Shown one piece after another: positions 44,000-56,950 of a stretch of 64,000 nt of DNA. The position numbers and the translations under genes were made by a program. The first letter of the stretch is position 1, and each line of letters starts with the position of its first letter. The stretch is taken from assembly GCA_030704615.1 (NCBI GenBank), contig CM060731.1, positions 7,006,001 to 7,070,000 on the forward strand, given 5' to 3'. The notes beneath the pieces were generated by a model. That model searched no databases and was not told the origin of the DNA. It saw only the letters and a program-made list of their open reading frames with translations. Source of the stretch: Takakia lepidozioides (lineage: Eukaryota; Plantae; Bryophyta).

Positions 44000-46900
44000 T
44001 ACAATGAATGGCATGTGCATTTGCCCTGGTTCCGTGAACAAAATGTATGTGTTTGTCCTAAATGCAAAGTCTTCACACGGTAACCTGGAAACCAGTGTGG
44101 GAAGCGGGCATGGCTCGTATGTGTTCAAAGAGAATTTGGCGGAGCCCTACGTGAGGTGTCGCTGCAGAAGGGTGATGACTTCTCCGTAGCCTAGTGTGGC
44201 TTGGTGAATGAATTGGTCTCTCTTACCGTCGCAACACATAATTACAAGGTATATGTAATATTGATGCTTGCAGGGGACCCACTTCCCTCTCATTGCCGAG
44301 AGCGCCCTCACGCATCGTTACAAAATCCGGACAAGTGCAAGTAGGGAAATTCCCCACGGTAACCTGATATTCTTTGCCATGAAGAACTGAGCCAATAGAC
44401 AACACTGTGTAAATCTGTCCATACCCCGGGGCAGGGACTTCGGTGATACGAGCCACCCGAGCCTGCAAAATTCTAGCCGATTCCATCTTGCATTCGTGAT
44501 CTGCACCCGAAGCGACACGGCGCACTATTTTTCCATCTCTTTTTGTTGGGTGGGAGTTGGCACCGGGTGGAGGCATTGCCGGAGCATGTGGCACATCTGT
44601 GCCGACAGTGCACAAGGGCACCACTCGGGATCGTGCAAGACAAAACCCTTCCTCCTCCAGCATGCTTATCTCGGTTGTTGACAGCGACGTCCAAAGTTTC
44701 ACAGGCCAAATGCGGGGGGAGGGGGTTTCATTATCACCGAAGGACGAACTGTTCCCTTGACCCATCGTGCCATATCATCTAGGCAGAACCAGAACTTGTG
44801 GTCCTTTGACTCCCCACTATGATAAGGTCGGAACAACCCTGTGAATGTTGGAGCTGGAGTCCCCCTGGAGCCTTTGCATATTTTTGATTTGCATTTCTTG
44901 AAAGAGGGGGTCCGAATTGCCATGCAAGCAACTCTAGATCCTGGTGGGGTGCGTTCTATATGCCACTCACTATCAATGCAATCAGATTCCTGCACCATGG
45001 CCACCACCTCCTCCAATGGGATTCTGCTGCTGTGCTTGCATGTTCTTCACCTGCTCCACAGGAGGATGACCCACCTGGGAAGGGGCTGGCACACGACTTA
45101 GTTTGCACTGGAGACACCTTTGGCACAGAGAAATTGACCCTGTCTGGGCGATGGGAATCTCCATCTGACCCTGGAAGAGTGTTCAATTTCTTTTTGCATG
45201 ATCCAAATCTTCCTCGCCTTCCAAATGAGGGAGCCTGGATTGCAAAGGGGAGCCTTCAGTGCACCTGTTCAGAGCTCTGGCCATCTTCGATGGGTACCTG
45301 GTTTGTTGTGTAAGTGCCCGCACCATGTCATCAGCAGTGGCCACATACAAGCCACGACCTGCTTTGGTAGATTGCTACATCCAGGCGTTATGAACAGTCT
45401 CCGCCAAATTACAGGATGGCATGTCGGCCAAGTCCTCCAAGGACATGTCATGCAGGAGGCATTGCATGGAAATGTGAGGAAGGAAGGGAAATGGAAGAGG
45501 TTTGCAAGCGACAATCCAAGAACCCCAAATGAAGAGGCACGATGCAAAATTTGTGATTTTGGGATTCAAGAGGCTTACCGTCGTCATGAAAGCTCCCACT
45601 GTCTGTATTGAAGTGCCAGAAAAAAACAACCAGTCCTCCAACTCCTTCAGGTGGATACCAGTAGCAGCACCAGAGGAGAACCACCAAGCCGGATTGCTTG
45701 GTAAGCGCTCTCAGCTTCTCCCATTGAGTGGCATTTTTGTACTTGAGACAGAGCTTCTGTGCTCCAACTGAAGGTCAGGGCGAATGCAGCGCTTTGTATG
45801 ACGTGCCAGAGATTGACTCCAATGGAAGAGGCATGTGCACTCCCTATTTTCCATTGGGACCTTAGGATCCCCCGAACCAAACACGCGCCGCACTGCATTG
45901 AAATTTGCCTGTGCACTATCAGCCATGAAGCCCGCAAAATTTGTGTTGACTCCATTGCGCTGCATGACGGCCAGGAGCGAATTCCACATGAGCATCTGGG
46001 ATTCAGTGTCCTCCGACTGCATATCACAAATTGCTATTGAGAGCACACGCTGGTACACTGGATCATACACATGGCACGCCATGGTTGTCCAACCTTCACC
46101 CGTTTGCAGTGATCAAACATCATCCAACATTTAGCCAAATCTCCTCCAGGTTGCATTCGGCGGACAATGCTCACACCACTGCCTTCGCCCACTGCGGACA
46201 TCTTGAACAAATATACCTTGGACGAGCCCTGGCCAGGGAAGATACTGTTTTGAATGAATTCATAGCGACTTCTCCGTTTGAGGTCCATAATGTTGTCCAT
46301 GAATCCAGCAGTGCCTGTGCCGACTCTGAGTGCATTCACCTGGTTTCGAATATTGGAGAGCTCAACACGGAGAAATGGTCCATCACTGCATCAACGAATC
46401 TGCATCCAGCATTGGTTGTGTCGAATCCCCTTCACCCAGTATGTGTTTTTCTAGGAAAGCCTTGCTAGCTGCAAGCGCTATAGCAGAAGGTGTTGCACAA
46501 GGGGCATTGTGGAACTCCTGCTTCAGCAAATTCTAGCGATGTCCACGCTATCCCTGCAACTTCCTTTGGACACAGGATGCTCGTGTGCACCCATATGAAT
46601 GCAGGCACGAGTCATTGTCTTGCATCGGTGTGCCACCTGGTACATACGAGTGGCACACAGAAACACAGGACGGGGAAAGTTTGCAGAACCTGCACACAAA
46701 AGTATTGGTCTTGGGAGGGGCAAGTCCTGGGGTGAAAGGATTCAGGGGCACACCTTCCCACTCACTTTTGTTTGGTTGAGCGCTGTTTCTCAGGAGGGCA
46801 AGAAATATTCAGGCACTTGCAATGCCCAACGCAAACCGACCTTCGAAATTTCAATCCAATGTCGTTGTGGATGTTTGACGTTTTTGTCCTGCACCAAGGG

Positions 46901-47570
46901 TGTCCGTCATGTTCTTGTCCATGCCCTGCAGAAGCCCAGCCAGTCCATTGGAAGACGTGGGAGGGTTGAGCTCAAACAAGATGTCCCCATCAAACTCTGC
47001 TGGCACGTATTGAACCCGCTGCACACGAAGGGACTCCCAATCAACAAAACGCAGCTCGCTCTTGCACCCAGGCACCCCTGTGAGGGCTTTCAATTTTGGA
47101 ATGACACTCATTATCTCTTGCAATTCGGATTCATCCAAGAATGGAGTCTGCACTGGCGGAGGAATCTCAGAAACATCCTCCGAGGACGAGTCTGAAAGAG
47201 TCACGAATGTAGTGGATGTGCTCACCTCTTGTTTCACATGAACTGTGCCCTTTTGCTGCACGACCGATGCTGCAGTTCCAGGGGTAATGACTGATCTTGC
47301 TGATTGTCTTCTCTCCTTTCCAAGGACACGGTATGTGCCTGGAAGGACTCTCCACTTCCTTCCACACTCGCCAACCAATGGTTTCTCCAAATGTCCAGAA
47401 TCCAAATTCCCATCCTCGTCATACACCTCTTTTTGAACAAACAGAGAACCCGATTCCAGTGGGAACACTGTAACCAGCTCATCCTCATGAACAACTGCAA
47501 ACCCATCGTCGTCTGCAGTGGCAGTCAGTGGAAGACTACCTGCATTGGTTCTCGCTCCCTGGACATGTTT
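44000..47570 (-). pseudogene. Mutator-family DDE transposase with N-terminal GCM/WRKY-like Zn domain and C-terminal SWIM finger (frameshifted)
   Basis: CRFC...C...HMGAHEHP; WMMFDH; FMADSAQANFNAVRRVF...CLFHW (D + CxxH); NLAETVH; YQVTVGNFPTCTCPDF...CKH (SWIM). Confidence 0.82.
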
Positions 47571-48527
47571 TCCTACGCTGACCGAAAGTTTCGATTCACA
47601 ACGGAATCCCCGAACTGATAGCCCGCAATTCTCGAAAGGGGATCCACCACAAAAAAATTGAGGTCAACAAGGGTAGCACTAACCCAAAGGCTGCGGGCGA
47701 TGCATCAAAAGGATGTAGGAATGACATGCACTGAACTTCGCAGACAACCACGCTGAGAGACACCAACTAGAAAAACTGTTTTCAAATACAAGAAGCCACA
47801 AGAAGCCGTGCTGTTTTTGGATGAAAAACAAACCCTGAACATGACATGAAACCATCCTTTATGGAAAGACGGCAACAACCCTGGAGAGCAGTAAACAGGA
47901 AGACCCCGAATGTAATGAGGTTGTGCCGTGCCAGAAGAGCACAGCACAAACACTGACACTCCAAGAGTCACCTCGCACGGATGTGTGCAACACAAGATCA
48001 TTTCCGACACAACCCTTTATACCGAATGACCCCATGCGACGATGATGGCAAAATGCAAGCACAAGGCAGGCAGTACGACACACGTGGATGCATATGTGAA
48101 GCACAACATTTATGGCGAATCTGCAAGAACTGCTCCAAATTGAACTAGCATTAGATTTCTACGACACTTCCGAATTTGAAACAATGCAAGAAGGCCGCCA
48201 TGTATTGGTAGGCGTCGAAGTACATCTGACATATATCACAAGTAATGCAACGGATGTACATATTTTCTAGCACTTTATTTCTTGAATAATACAAAGACGC
48301 CGAAATGGATGAATTCCGTTCGCACACAATCACAACACCCGCATCCAAATACGGTTGACAATGTCCAATTTTGATTTTGGTTACATGCAATAGCAACCCT
48401 TGTTGCAAACGTCAAACTGGAGAACTCTAGAGGCATCGTGGGGAGCCCTTGTTTCCAGCGGAGGAGGAAGAGAAGGAAGTCATTATACTTCACGAGCTCT
48501 AGAAACAGGAATAGAGCCAGATATAGA

Positions 48528-51500
48528 ATGAGGATGGAAAGAGTGGCCGAAGAGGAAAAGGCGGAAGAAGAGGGCAAAGAGGAAAGTTTGGCGATGGAAG
48601 AGCAGGAATCCGGAGAAGAACAGCAGCCTGCCATAGTTCCAAGAACAGATGAGGAGGACACTGCATCCGAGGGAGAGGCAGACGCCGAAGATGATGTTGA
48701 CGCTGGCCTCACGAAGAACCTAATAGTGGAAGAGAGGATGGGGGAGATGCTCCAGAACATGCGAGGCGTGGAGAGCAATCCGAAGCGCAAAGGGTCCCCG
48801 ACGATTGGGGAGTCTTCTGGAGCAGCCAAAAAAGTACAATCTTTGAAACCCACCTTTGTGCTTCATTGCTGATGTGAACCCAAGTTGAGATTCTATTTTG
48901 ATATGAACATAGTCTACACACGGCATCTCTGCCAGGTTGCATCAACCGCGAACAAGAAGCTCAAACAGTGTGCGTTGACGCACACTGTTTGAGCCTTCCA
49001 TTTTGCTGGCTTGTTGATGTGCGAAACGACCAATTGGGGAACTAGGGCAGGTTCAATCCACCACGAATTGGAAGCTGAAACTGTGCGTTGACGCACACTG
49101 TTTGAGCCCCGCATTTACTTGGTTGATGGTGTGCAAAACGGCCAGATAGGGGCCACTATGCCCGGTTCAATCCTCCACTATTTGGAAGCTCAAACAGTGT
49201 GCGTTGGCGCACACTGTTTGAGCCCACCTTCTCATTGATTTTTCATCTAAAAAACGGCCACAAACGGCATGTATTTGAGGATCAATCATCAATTACATGG
49301 CAGCTCAAACAGTGTGCGTCAACGCACACTGTTTGAGCTCACCTTGTCATTGCCTTTGTCATCTGAAAATCGGCCACATAGGGTATGAATTTGAGGATCA
49401 ATCATCACTTACCTGGCAGCTCAAACAGTGTGCGTCAATGCACACTGTTTGAGCTAACCTTATCATTGTCTTTTTGGTTTGAAAATCGGCCACATAGGGC
49501 ATGTCTCTGAGGATCAATGAACACTTATCTGGCAGCTCAAACAGTGTGCGTTGGCGCACACTGTTTGAGCCCACCTTCTCATTGTTTTTTTCATCTCGAA
49601 ATGGGCCACAAAGGGCATGTATTTGATGATCAATGAACACTTACCTGGCAGCTCAAACAGTGTGCGTCAACGCACACTGTTTGAGCTCACCTTCTCATTA
49701 TTTTACAATCTGAGAAATGGCCACAAAGGGCATGTATTTGAGGATCAATCATCACATTCCTGGCAGCTCAAACAGTGTGCATCAACGCACACTGTTTGAG
49801 TTCACCTTCTCATTATTTTATCATCTGAGAAATGGCCACAAAGGGCATGTATTTGAGGATCAATCATCACATTCCTGGCAGCTCAAATAGTGTGCGTCAA
49901 CGCACTCTGTTTGAGCTCACCTTGTCATTGCCTTTGTCATCTGAAAATCGGCCACATAGGGTATGAAATTGAGGATCAATCATCACTTACCTAGCAGCTC
50001 AAACAGTGTGCGTCAACGCACACTGTTTGAGCTAACCTTATCATTGCCTTTTTGGTTTGAAAATCAGCCACATAGGGCATGTCTCTGAGGATCAATGAAC
50101 ACTTATCTGGCAGCTCAAACAGTGTGCGTGGGCGCACACTGTTTGAGCCCACCTTCTCATTGTTTTTTTCATCTCAAAATGGGCCACAAAGGGCATGTAT
50201 TTGATGATCAATGAACACTTACCTTGCAGCTCAAACAGTGTGCGTCAACGCACACTGTTTGAGCTCACCTTCTCATTATTTTATCATCTGAGAAATGGCC
50301 ACAAAGGCATGTATTTGAGGATCAATCATCACATTCCTGGCAGCTCAAACAGTGTGCGTCAACGCACACTGTTTGAGCCCACCTTGTCACTGTTTTTTCC
50401 CTGTGAAATTCGGCAATACAGGGCATGTCTCTGAGGTTCAATGAACACTACCTGGCAGCTCAAAGAGTGTGCGTCAACGCACACTGTTGACTCACATTTC
50501 TTTGTTTTTTTTCATCGAAAATCGGCCACTAAGGGCTTCTCTTTGAGGTTCAATGAACACTTACCTGGCATGTCTCTGAGGTTCAATGAACACTTACCTT
50601 GCAGCTCAAACAGTGTGCGTCAACGCACACTGTTTGAGCTCACATTTTCTTTGTTTTTTCCATCTGAAAATCGGCCACTAAGGGCTTCTCTTTGAGGTTC
50701 AATGAACACTTACCTGGCATGTCTCTGAGGTTCAATGAACACTTACCTTGCAGCTCAAACAGTGTGCGTCAACGCACACTGTTTGAGCTCACCTTTTCTT
50801 CCACACATGGCCTGTTTGCCATGCTCAAACACCATCGTCTCATGCCTCACTCTTATATCAATTTGAATGAACAACCTGCAGGAGAAGATGCAAAGTGTGG
50901 CGGAGGAGATCCCTTCGGGGCTGGGGAAGGAGATCATTGTTGATGTTGACGATGAGTTCTATGAAAGCAAAGCCGCTGAGATGCTGGGGGGTCAGAAGGT
51001 AAACTCTCAGCTTGTGGTGCAAAGTATGCTTGCCCCGGGTGGGAGGTTGAAGATTCCCATGTGTAGGATGGTTTCCATGCCCGTCGTTCGTCCACCCCTC
51101 ATCAAAAACATTCTCAAGCTAGAGGCCGAGTTTGTTCATGGGTATTTGGATGGATCCGCAGTGTTTTACGTTTGTACAAAGGATTCCAGAGGCAATGAGC
51201 TCCTTGTGGATGAGTCAATCGTGGACTCCTGGGATCCTATTTGGAGACAGGTGAACGAATCCTTCGAACTTCTTCTCTCCAGGAAACCTTCCACCCAGGC
51301 ATTCTCGGGAAGATGTTTCACGTTTGGGATGGGAACCACCGGTTGCTTGCATGGATGGCTGTCATTGGGAGGCTGCACTCACAGGAGGAAGAGTGGCATT
51401 CGTTCGATCGATGGTGCTGGATTGTGAGGGGAACATGATGGGTCTTCTGACGGCAATGAATGATGTGAACAGGTTGGTTTCTCATTCTACATGTTCCACT

Positions 51501-54500
51501 TGTAGTTCCGTGTTCTTTGATTAAGTCCTTGAATTTCATTCTGACTTTCAGATATCATTCTGCAGAGGAACGGAGACATCGCATGTCAAAACGAGTCTGG
51601 TTCACACACTGTATAGGATACAAAGGATCGGGCAGATGCCCTTGACCAACTTCAAGACCATCCTTTCAGCAGAGACGTACAAGAAGTGCGAAAGCTCCAA
51701 GACATCGGAAACGTGGTACTCGTTGACACGTGAGGCTTTCATGGAGTACATGTACACGGTGAGATACATCTTCCTTCATCTGCCCTTTCCATATTCCTGC
51801 TTCCACATGTTTGTTTCTGTTTGTTTCCCTTGCCCTTGGGTTGATGCAACTCTCGTGCATTCCCTTGCAGCAAGACATTGCAGATGCAGGGGAGCGTGGC
51901 AAACTGGAATACTACAGGTCAACCCCTGAGGAGAGAAGGACAGCAAAGGGGGTTGAGAGTCACATCCAGAAAGAGATGACCGCTACAAGAAGGACTATAA
52001 TGAGTGCTTTTGTGAAGCAGTTGAGAATTGCCGACCCATCATTCGGATCGCAGTTTCTCCTGGAGATAAAAAAACCATTATAACAAGCCAGGCAAGCCAG
52101 AGATGGCCCAGGAGAAGTGCACACACCGGTTGTCCTCAGAACAGAAGGTGAAGTGGCTACAGATATGGAACTCCGATCCCACAGTTAGGGATACCCACAT
52201 GTTCCCCAGGCCGGAGAAAGAGAAGAAGACCCAACGTGTCATTCCTGTCAGTGACAATGTGCTGGACACATGGCTTCACAAGGCCACTTACTGGAGCCAG
52301 GTGTGATGTCCTTTCCTGTGTCACTTTCTTTTCTTTTCCTGTCCTTCTCTTTCCATTGCCTCTCACATTCGCTGTGATTGTTTTGGGTTCATTCTTGCAT
52401 TTGAATTGTTTTGCAGTTGGAAGAAAGGGCACGGTCGGTTCTGCATACTCAGCTGGCTGACTATGGCATCACTATGACAGCACCAAAGGTCTCCTTCGAA
52501 GCATACATGAGGAAATGGAGAGCCACAATGTGGCACTCTTGTTTCTTTAGAGAGTTCAGCAAGGAGGGTGGCATCAGTCGAACACATGACCTTGACCAGC
52601 AAGAAAAAGGAGAGGAAGCCTGGAAACGATGCCTTTACAGGTGCACACCCTGGGCCGTTCAGGCTACTTAGTGTGCTGTGGTTGCAATGTACTGTGACGC
52701 ATACAGTTTAAGGGGTCTTCCTGGTGTGATGGAAAAGCTGAGAGACAATAATTGCATTGCATAATGAGGCTGTCTCTGTTCCTGCAGGTACATAAAGTTT
52801 GTTCTCATGGAAGAGAATTGCTTAGACAAACATCCAGATTTCGTGGACCTTTGGCTTGTCCCTGCTGGCAACCAGACCATGTTTACTACTGGGATCTTGC
52901 ATGACTGGGCCCAGACCATCTTTCTTCTTGTGGTTGGTATTTGGATTGCCCTCCTTCTGAGACCCCAGCTCCGGAGGTGTCTTTGAGGAGAGAGAATGAG
53001 CGTATTGCAGCCACTGCCGCAGCAGCCGACCTCGACATTCATGAACGAAATTTGAGGACTCTTGCAGAGAAGGAGCCTCCCGCTCAGGATACCCCGGGTA
53101 GAGGTAGAAAGGCAAAGGGAAAAGATGTTGCTGGTGTTGTGGGGAAAGAAGGGGTAGAGGGAAGGTGGCACAAGGGCAGGGAAGTGTTGCAGATATTGGC
53201 CCAGTGGTGCATGTCCAGCAGACTCCACCGCATGGTAGGGGATCCGTGAGAAAGAACAAGGGGGTGGTTGATCCCAAGGACCCGTACCATGCAGTGGAAC
53301 ATCCCACGAGGGTCATTCGCCCTACCAGGTTGGAGATGGCCAACGTCGGATTCCTTGCCATGATGGAGTCCAAGAAATCTGATTACAAGGGCGAGCCATC
53401 ACCAGTGTGGGAGAGGATTGTGGAGTTCCTCGGCACGGTGCGTGTTCTCTTTTGCTTCTTCTCTGCTGTGGGCATGGATCGTTTCAATCCTCTTGAGTAT
53501 TCCATTGTAATTTTGTTTGCAGGCTAAAATGACCAAATCCTGGGTGAACGGGAAGGAGAAGCAATATGCAGCCGAACTCATAATCTTGGACATCCCTGAT
53601 GGGTTGGCAGTCCCGGATGTCCCTCCATCGGGTGCTTGTCCGGGTTGGAATGCTTTTGATGAGCGCTACTGGCGGTGGGTTTTCTCCTTTTGCAATTTTT
53701 TCCTGTCCGATGCAGGTGTTTTGGTGCTCATACAGTCCACCGATGTTCGCTGTCGCCGTGCACTTGCCAGCTATTTGAAAGCCTCGGGCATGAGAGTCCT
53801 GAAGACATGGAATTGTGTGAACAACATGTACCTTACGAAGGGGGATCGTCCGGGAGAGATGGTAAATTTGCTTTTTCTTCCTCTTCTTGGTGGTTCTCGG
53901 ATGGAGTTGTGTAGGTCGCTCGAACTCATATGTAGGGGCCTGATTTTTTAAGCTTCTTAGTTCCTTGTGGATGTGTTGTTCGCAGACTCGTTTGTTTGAA
54001 GCTGTTTGTCTCGTCCGAGTGCATCCACCAACGACTCCGGCCGGCATTGCGGAGTTCGCCATCACTCATGGGGGCAAGTTCATAGACGACAGGACAGATC
54101 CTCCCACGGATGACATGCACCACAACTACGTCGACAGCAACGTCTGCTTGCGAAGGGGGAATGGGGTTCCTTGGAGAGGGGCGAGGGAGAGGAGCCCGGC
54201 TTTCATTCAAACGATTGTGGAGTGCTGCACCTACACAGACGCCAGAGTTCTGGATTTGTCAATGGGCACAGGTTCGTCTCTTCAACATTCACATTTCATG
54301 AGGTTTGATTGAGCTTGCACTTTCAGCACTTCCCACCGTTCCAAATGTGTCTTCAATGTCTGCTTCCTTCATTCTATTCCACTGCAGGTGCTTCGTACCA
54401 CGCTTGCAAGGCCAGTGCGCGACATCTCTTTGGGATTGAAGGGGATGCTGAGATTTACAAGAACCTCCTGATGGGTTTGGGTGGACACACTTCTCAAGTC

Positions 54501-54964
54501 CTTCCGAAGCCCCGTCCCGCTGATATTGATACAGAGGAGACTTCCGACAAGGAGCTGGACTCCGACTTTGCCTGTGAGTAAGTTCAACCTGTGGATGCTT
54601 GCATTGTTGTTTCAATATCGAGAATCACTGTTCTTGAGGCAAAGTTCACATGGCAGACATCCTCTTCGTTGGACTTGTGTATTGCATATTGTGTTCTGAA
54701 TGGGTTTTTGTCGACATGTGCAGGAGTCCGCGTGCTTCCACTTGCCCTCCAGGGCTATCACACCTATTTGGACTTCTTTCCAGTCCTCCTCGGTCTTGCG
54801 TGCTACCTGTCTATGCGGAGGCACTCGCAACAAGCATGACCGTTCATGGCACTCGGAGTCCACCCATCGACGGCCGTGGTAGAAGACATGGTGTTGGGGC
54901 CAGAATCTTTGTGGATGACATAGCACAGGAGGTCGAGACTGATTCTGATGACTGTGACACTTGA
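48528..54964 (+). pseudogene. Spliced ParB-domain + beta-class N6A/N4C DNA methyltransferase-like gene (element B)
   Basis: Acidic first exon; HVWDGNHRLLAW (about 51318-51355); ELIILDIPDG (about 53575-53603); RSPAFIQTIVECCTYTDARVLDLSMGTG|ASYHACKASARHLFGIEGD (54190-54445); intron positions shared with the element A gene; a few indels and stops. Confidence 0.82.
48959..50788. repeat. Tandem array of 16 units (114-116 bp), each with the 36-bp palindrome GCTCAAACAGTGTGCGT-CA-ACGCACACTGTTTGAGC
   Basis: Starts at 48959, 49074, 49188, 49303, 49419, 49535, 49651, 49766, 49881, 49997, 50113, 50229, 50343, 50458, 50604, 50753; lies in the predicted first intron. Confidence 0.95.
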
Positions 54965-55942
54965 TATGAAGTTTTCTTTTGGTTTTATTCGGGGCCAAAT
55001 TTGAAATGGGATGGTTGTGTGTCCTTGTTGTCCTGTTTGCAATGTGTGCGTGGAATGCACATTAATGGGAACAAACTATTGTTGGAGATGGGGGTTGCAT
55101 GGACTGCCCGGATTGTTCCTTCAATCTATTTAGTGTTTTCTTTCTGGACCTCACAGACTTGAGTGCATTGCAAAAATAAACAAACCACTTTGGTTCGTGT
55201 ACAACATTCTCGCATCATTTGGTCGTTGGTCTCCAAACCATTCCTGCTAGAAGAATGGTTGGTGAATCCATCACGGTGAAGTCCACCTCATCAAATAGCG
55301 TTCAGGCATTCTCAAATCTAATGAGCATCCATGATGCTCCCGCACATACCTGGCATGTTCGCAAGGGTGGTGAGTAAGAAAAGATTTCGCAGGGATCCAC
55401 TTTAGATCATGTCAGTGTGCACCTCCTCACGACGTACCCACATAAACTTGTGAGGGCTTGGTATGTTGATAGCGTCTGCGTGGATGCAATGGATACAATG
55501 GATGTAACATACCACTCTGCCTTCCCGGTAAATGGCTGATCAACCCGGGAAATGGCTGATCAACCCGCGGAAATAGGTGACACCCGCGGAAATAGGCCCT
55601 GTATGTATGCTGACGTGGCGTGAGCCTGTGCTGGGCTCACGGTTTCCTGGGCTCATAGGCTCACGCCTCTAGGCTCACGGAATAGCACCCCCCGCTTGGA
55701 TGTGGCAGGGCCCACAGGCCTCACTTGTGTGCATTCAAGACGCTATTAATCTAAAAGAGAGGCAAAAAAAGGGGGGGTCAAATTTATCTCTTTTCTTTGG
55801 GCAGGACAAAATATCTCCTCACAAATTCCTGCAAGACAATTGAGCCGTTCATTCCTAGTCCCTCTGGTGGAAGTGTTGTTGGCATCCATAAGAGTCCCAA
55901 AAAATTTTTGGGACCAATCAAAGTAGGACATAGGGTTATGGG

Positions 55943-56450
55943 TGTTAGAGGACTGTAGGGGACTTAGACACTTATACGGGATCTGTAGGGTACCCTTAAT
56001 TTTTGCACAGACTGAGACAAACAGGAACCTTAGGGGTGACAGCAGCGCACTGTAGAGGGGGGTTACATAGCCCACACAGCCGACACAGCAGTCACAGCCC
56101 ACACAGCCAACACAGCCCGTCACAGTCGTCACAGCCCACACAGCCGTCACAAGCCCACAGCCCACACAGCCCGTCACATCGTCACAGCCCCACACAGCCC
56201 ACACAGCCGTCACAGCCCACACAGCCCGTCACAGTCGTCACAGCACCACACAGCCCACACAGCCCGTCACAGTCGTCACAGCAGACACAGCCCACACAGC
56301 CAGTCACAGCCCGCACAGCCACACCACACAGCCAGTCACAGCCCGACACAGCCAAACACAGCCAGTCACCGCTTGACACAGCTGTCACGATAATAGGGAA
56401 CGAAGAGTAGGACATGGAACGACTGTGGGGAACAACACCTGTGAAGGGAA
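55943..56450 (+). mobile_element. 5' part of an LTR of the Tat/Ogre-like family, truncated by the gap
   Basis: Starts TGTTAGAGGACTG like the solo LTR; expanded ACAGCC array. Confidence 0.85.
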
Positions 56451-56950
56451 NNNNNNNNNNNNNNNNNNNNNNNNNNNNNNNNNNNNNNNNNNNNNNNNNN
56501 NNNNNNNNNNNNNNNNNNNNNNNNNNNNNNNNNNNNNNNNNNNNNNNNNNNNNNNNNNNNNNNNNNNNNNNNNNNNNNNNNNNNNNNNNNNNNNNNNNNN
56601 NNNNNNNNNNNNNNNNNNNNNNNNNNNNNNNNNNNNNNNNNNNNNNNNNNNNNNNNNNNNNNNNNNNNNNNNNNNNNNNNNNNNNNNNNNNNNNNNNNNN
56701 NNNNNNNNNNNNNNNNNNNNNNNNNNNNNNNNNNNNNNNNNNNNNNNNNNNNNNNNNNNNNNNNNNNNNNNNNNNNNNNNNNNNNNNNNNNNNNNNNNNN
56801 NNNNNNNNNNNNNNNNNNNNNNNNNNNNNNNNNNNNNNNNNNNNNNNNNNNNNNNNNNNNNNNNNNNNNNNNNNNNNNNNNNNNNNNNNNNNNNNNNNNN
56901 NNNNNNNNNNNNNNNNNNNNNNNNNNNNNNNNNNNNNNNNNNNNNNNNNN

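Larger units (their letters stand above)
43734..55695. mobile_element. Mutator-like element B (about 12 kb): transposase plus divergent ParB-MTase gene plus palindrome array
   Basis: 8-bp TSD TTGGATGT (43726-43733 and 55696-55703); only vestigial TIR (GCTAnnnCGTGAGCCnAG) with subterminal GTGAGCC repeats. Confidence 0.85.
43151..55763. mobile_element. MULE-type MITE (about 650 bp without insert) hosting element B
   Basis: TIR core TTTTAGATTAATAGCGTCTTGAATGCA at both ends; flanked by AAAAAAGGG on both sides (9-10 bp TSD); internal duplication of about 79 bp at 43563-43720. Confidence 0.8.

Noticed and set aside
48959-50788. CRISPR array with a 36-bp repeat
   Set aside because: Inter-repeat segments are about 80 bp and homologous to one another, so this is a tandem satellite.
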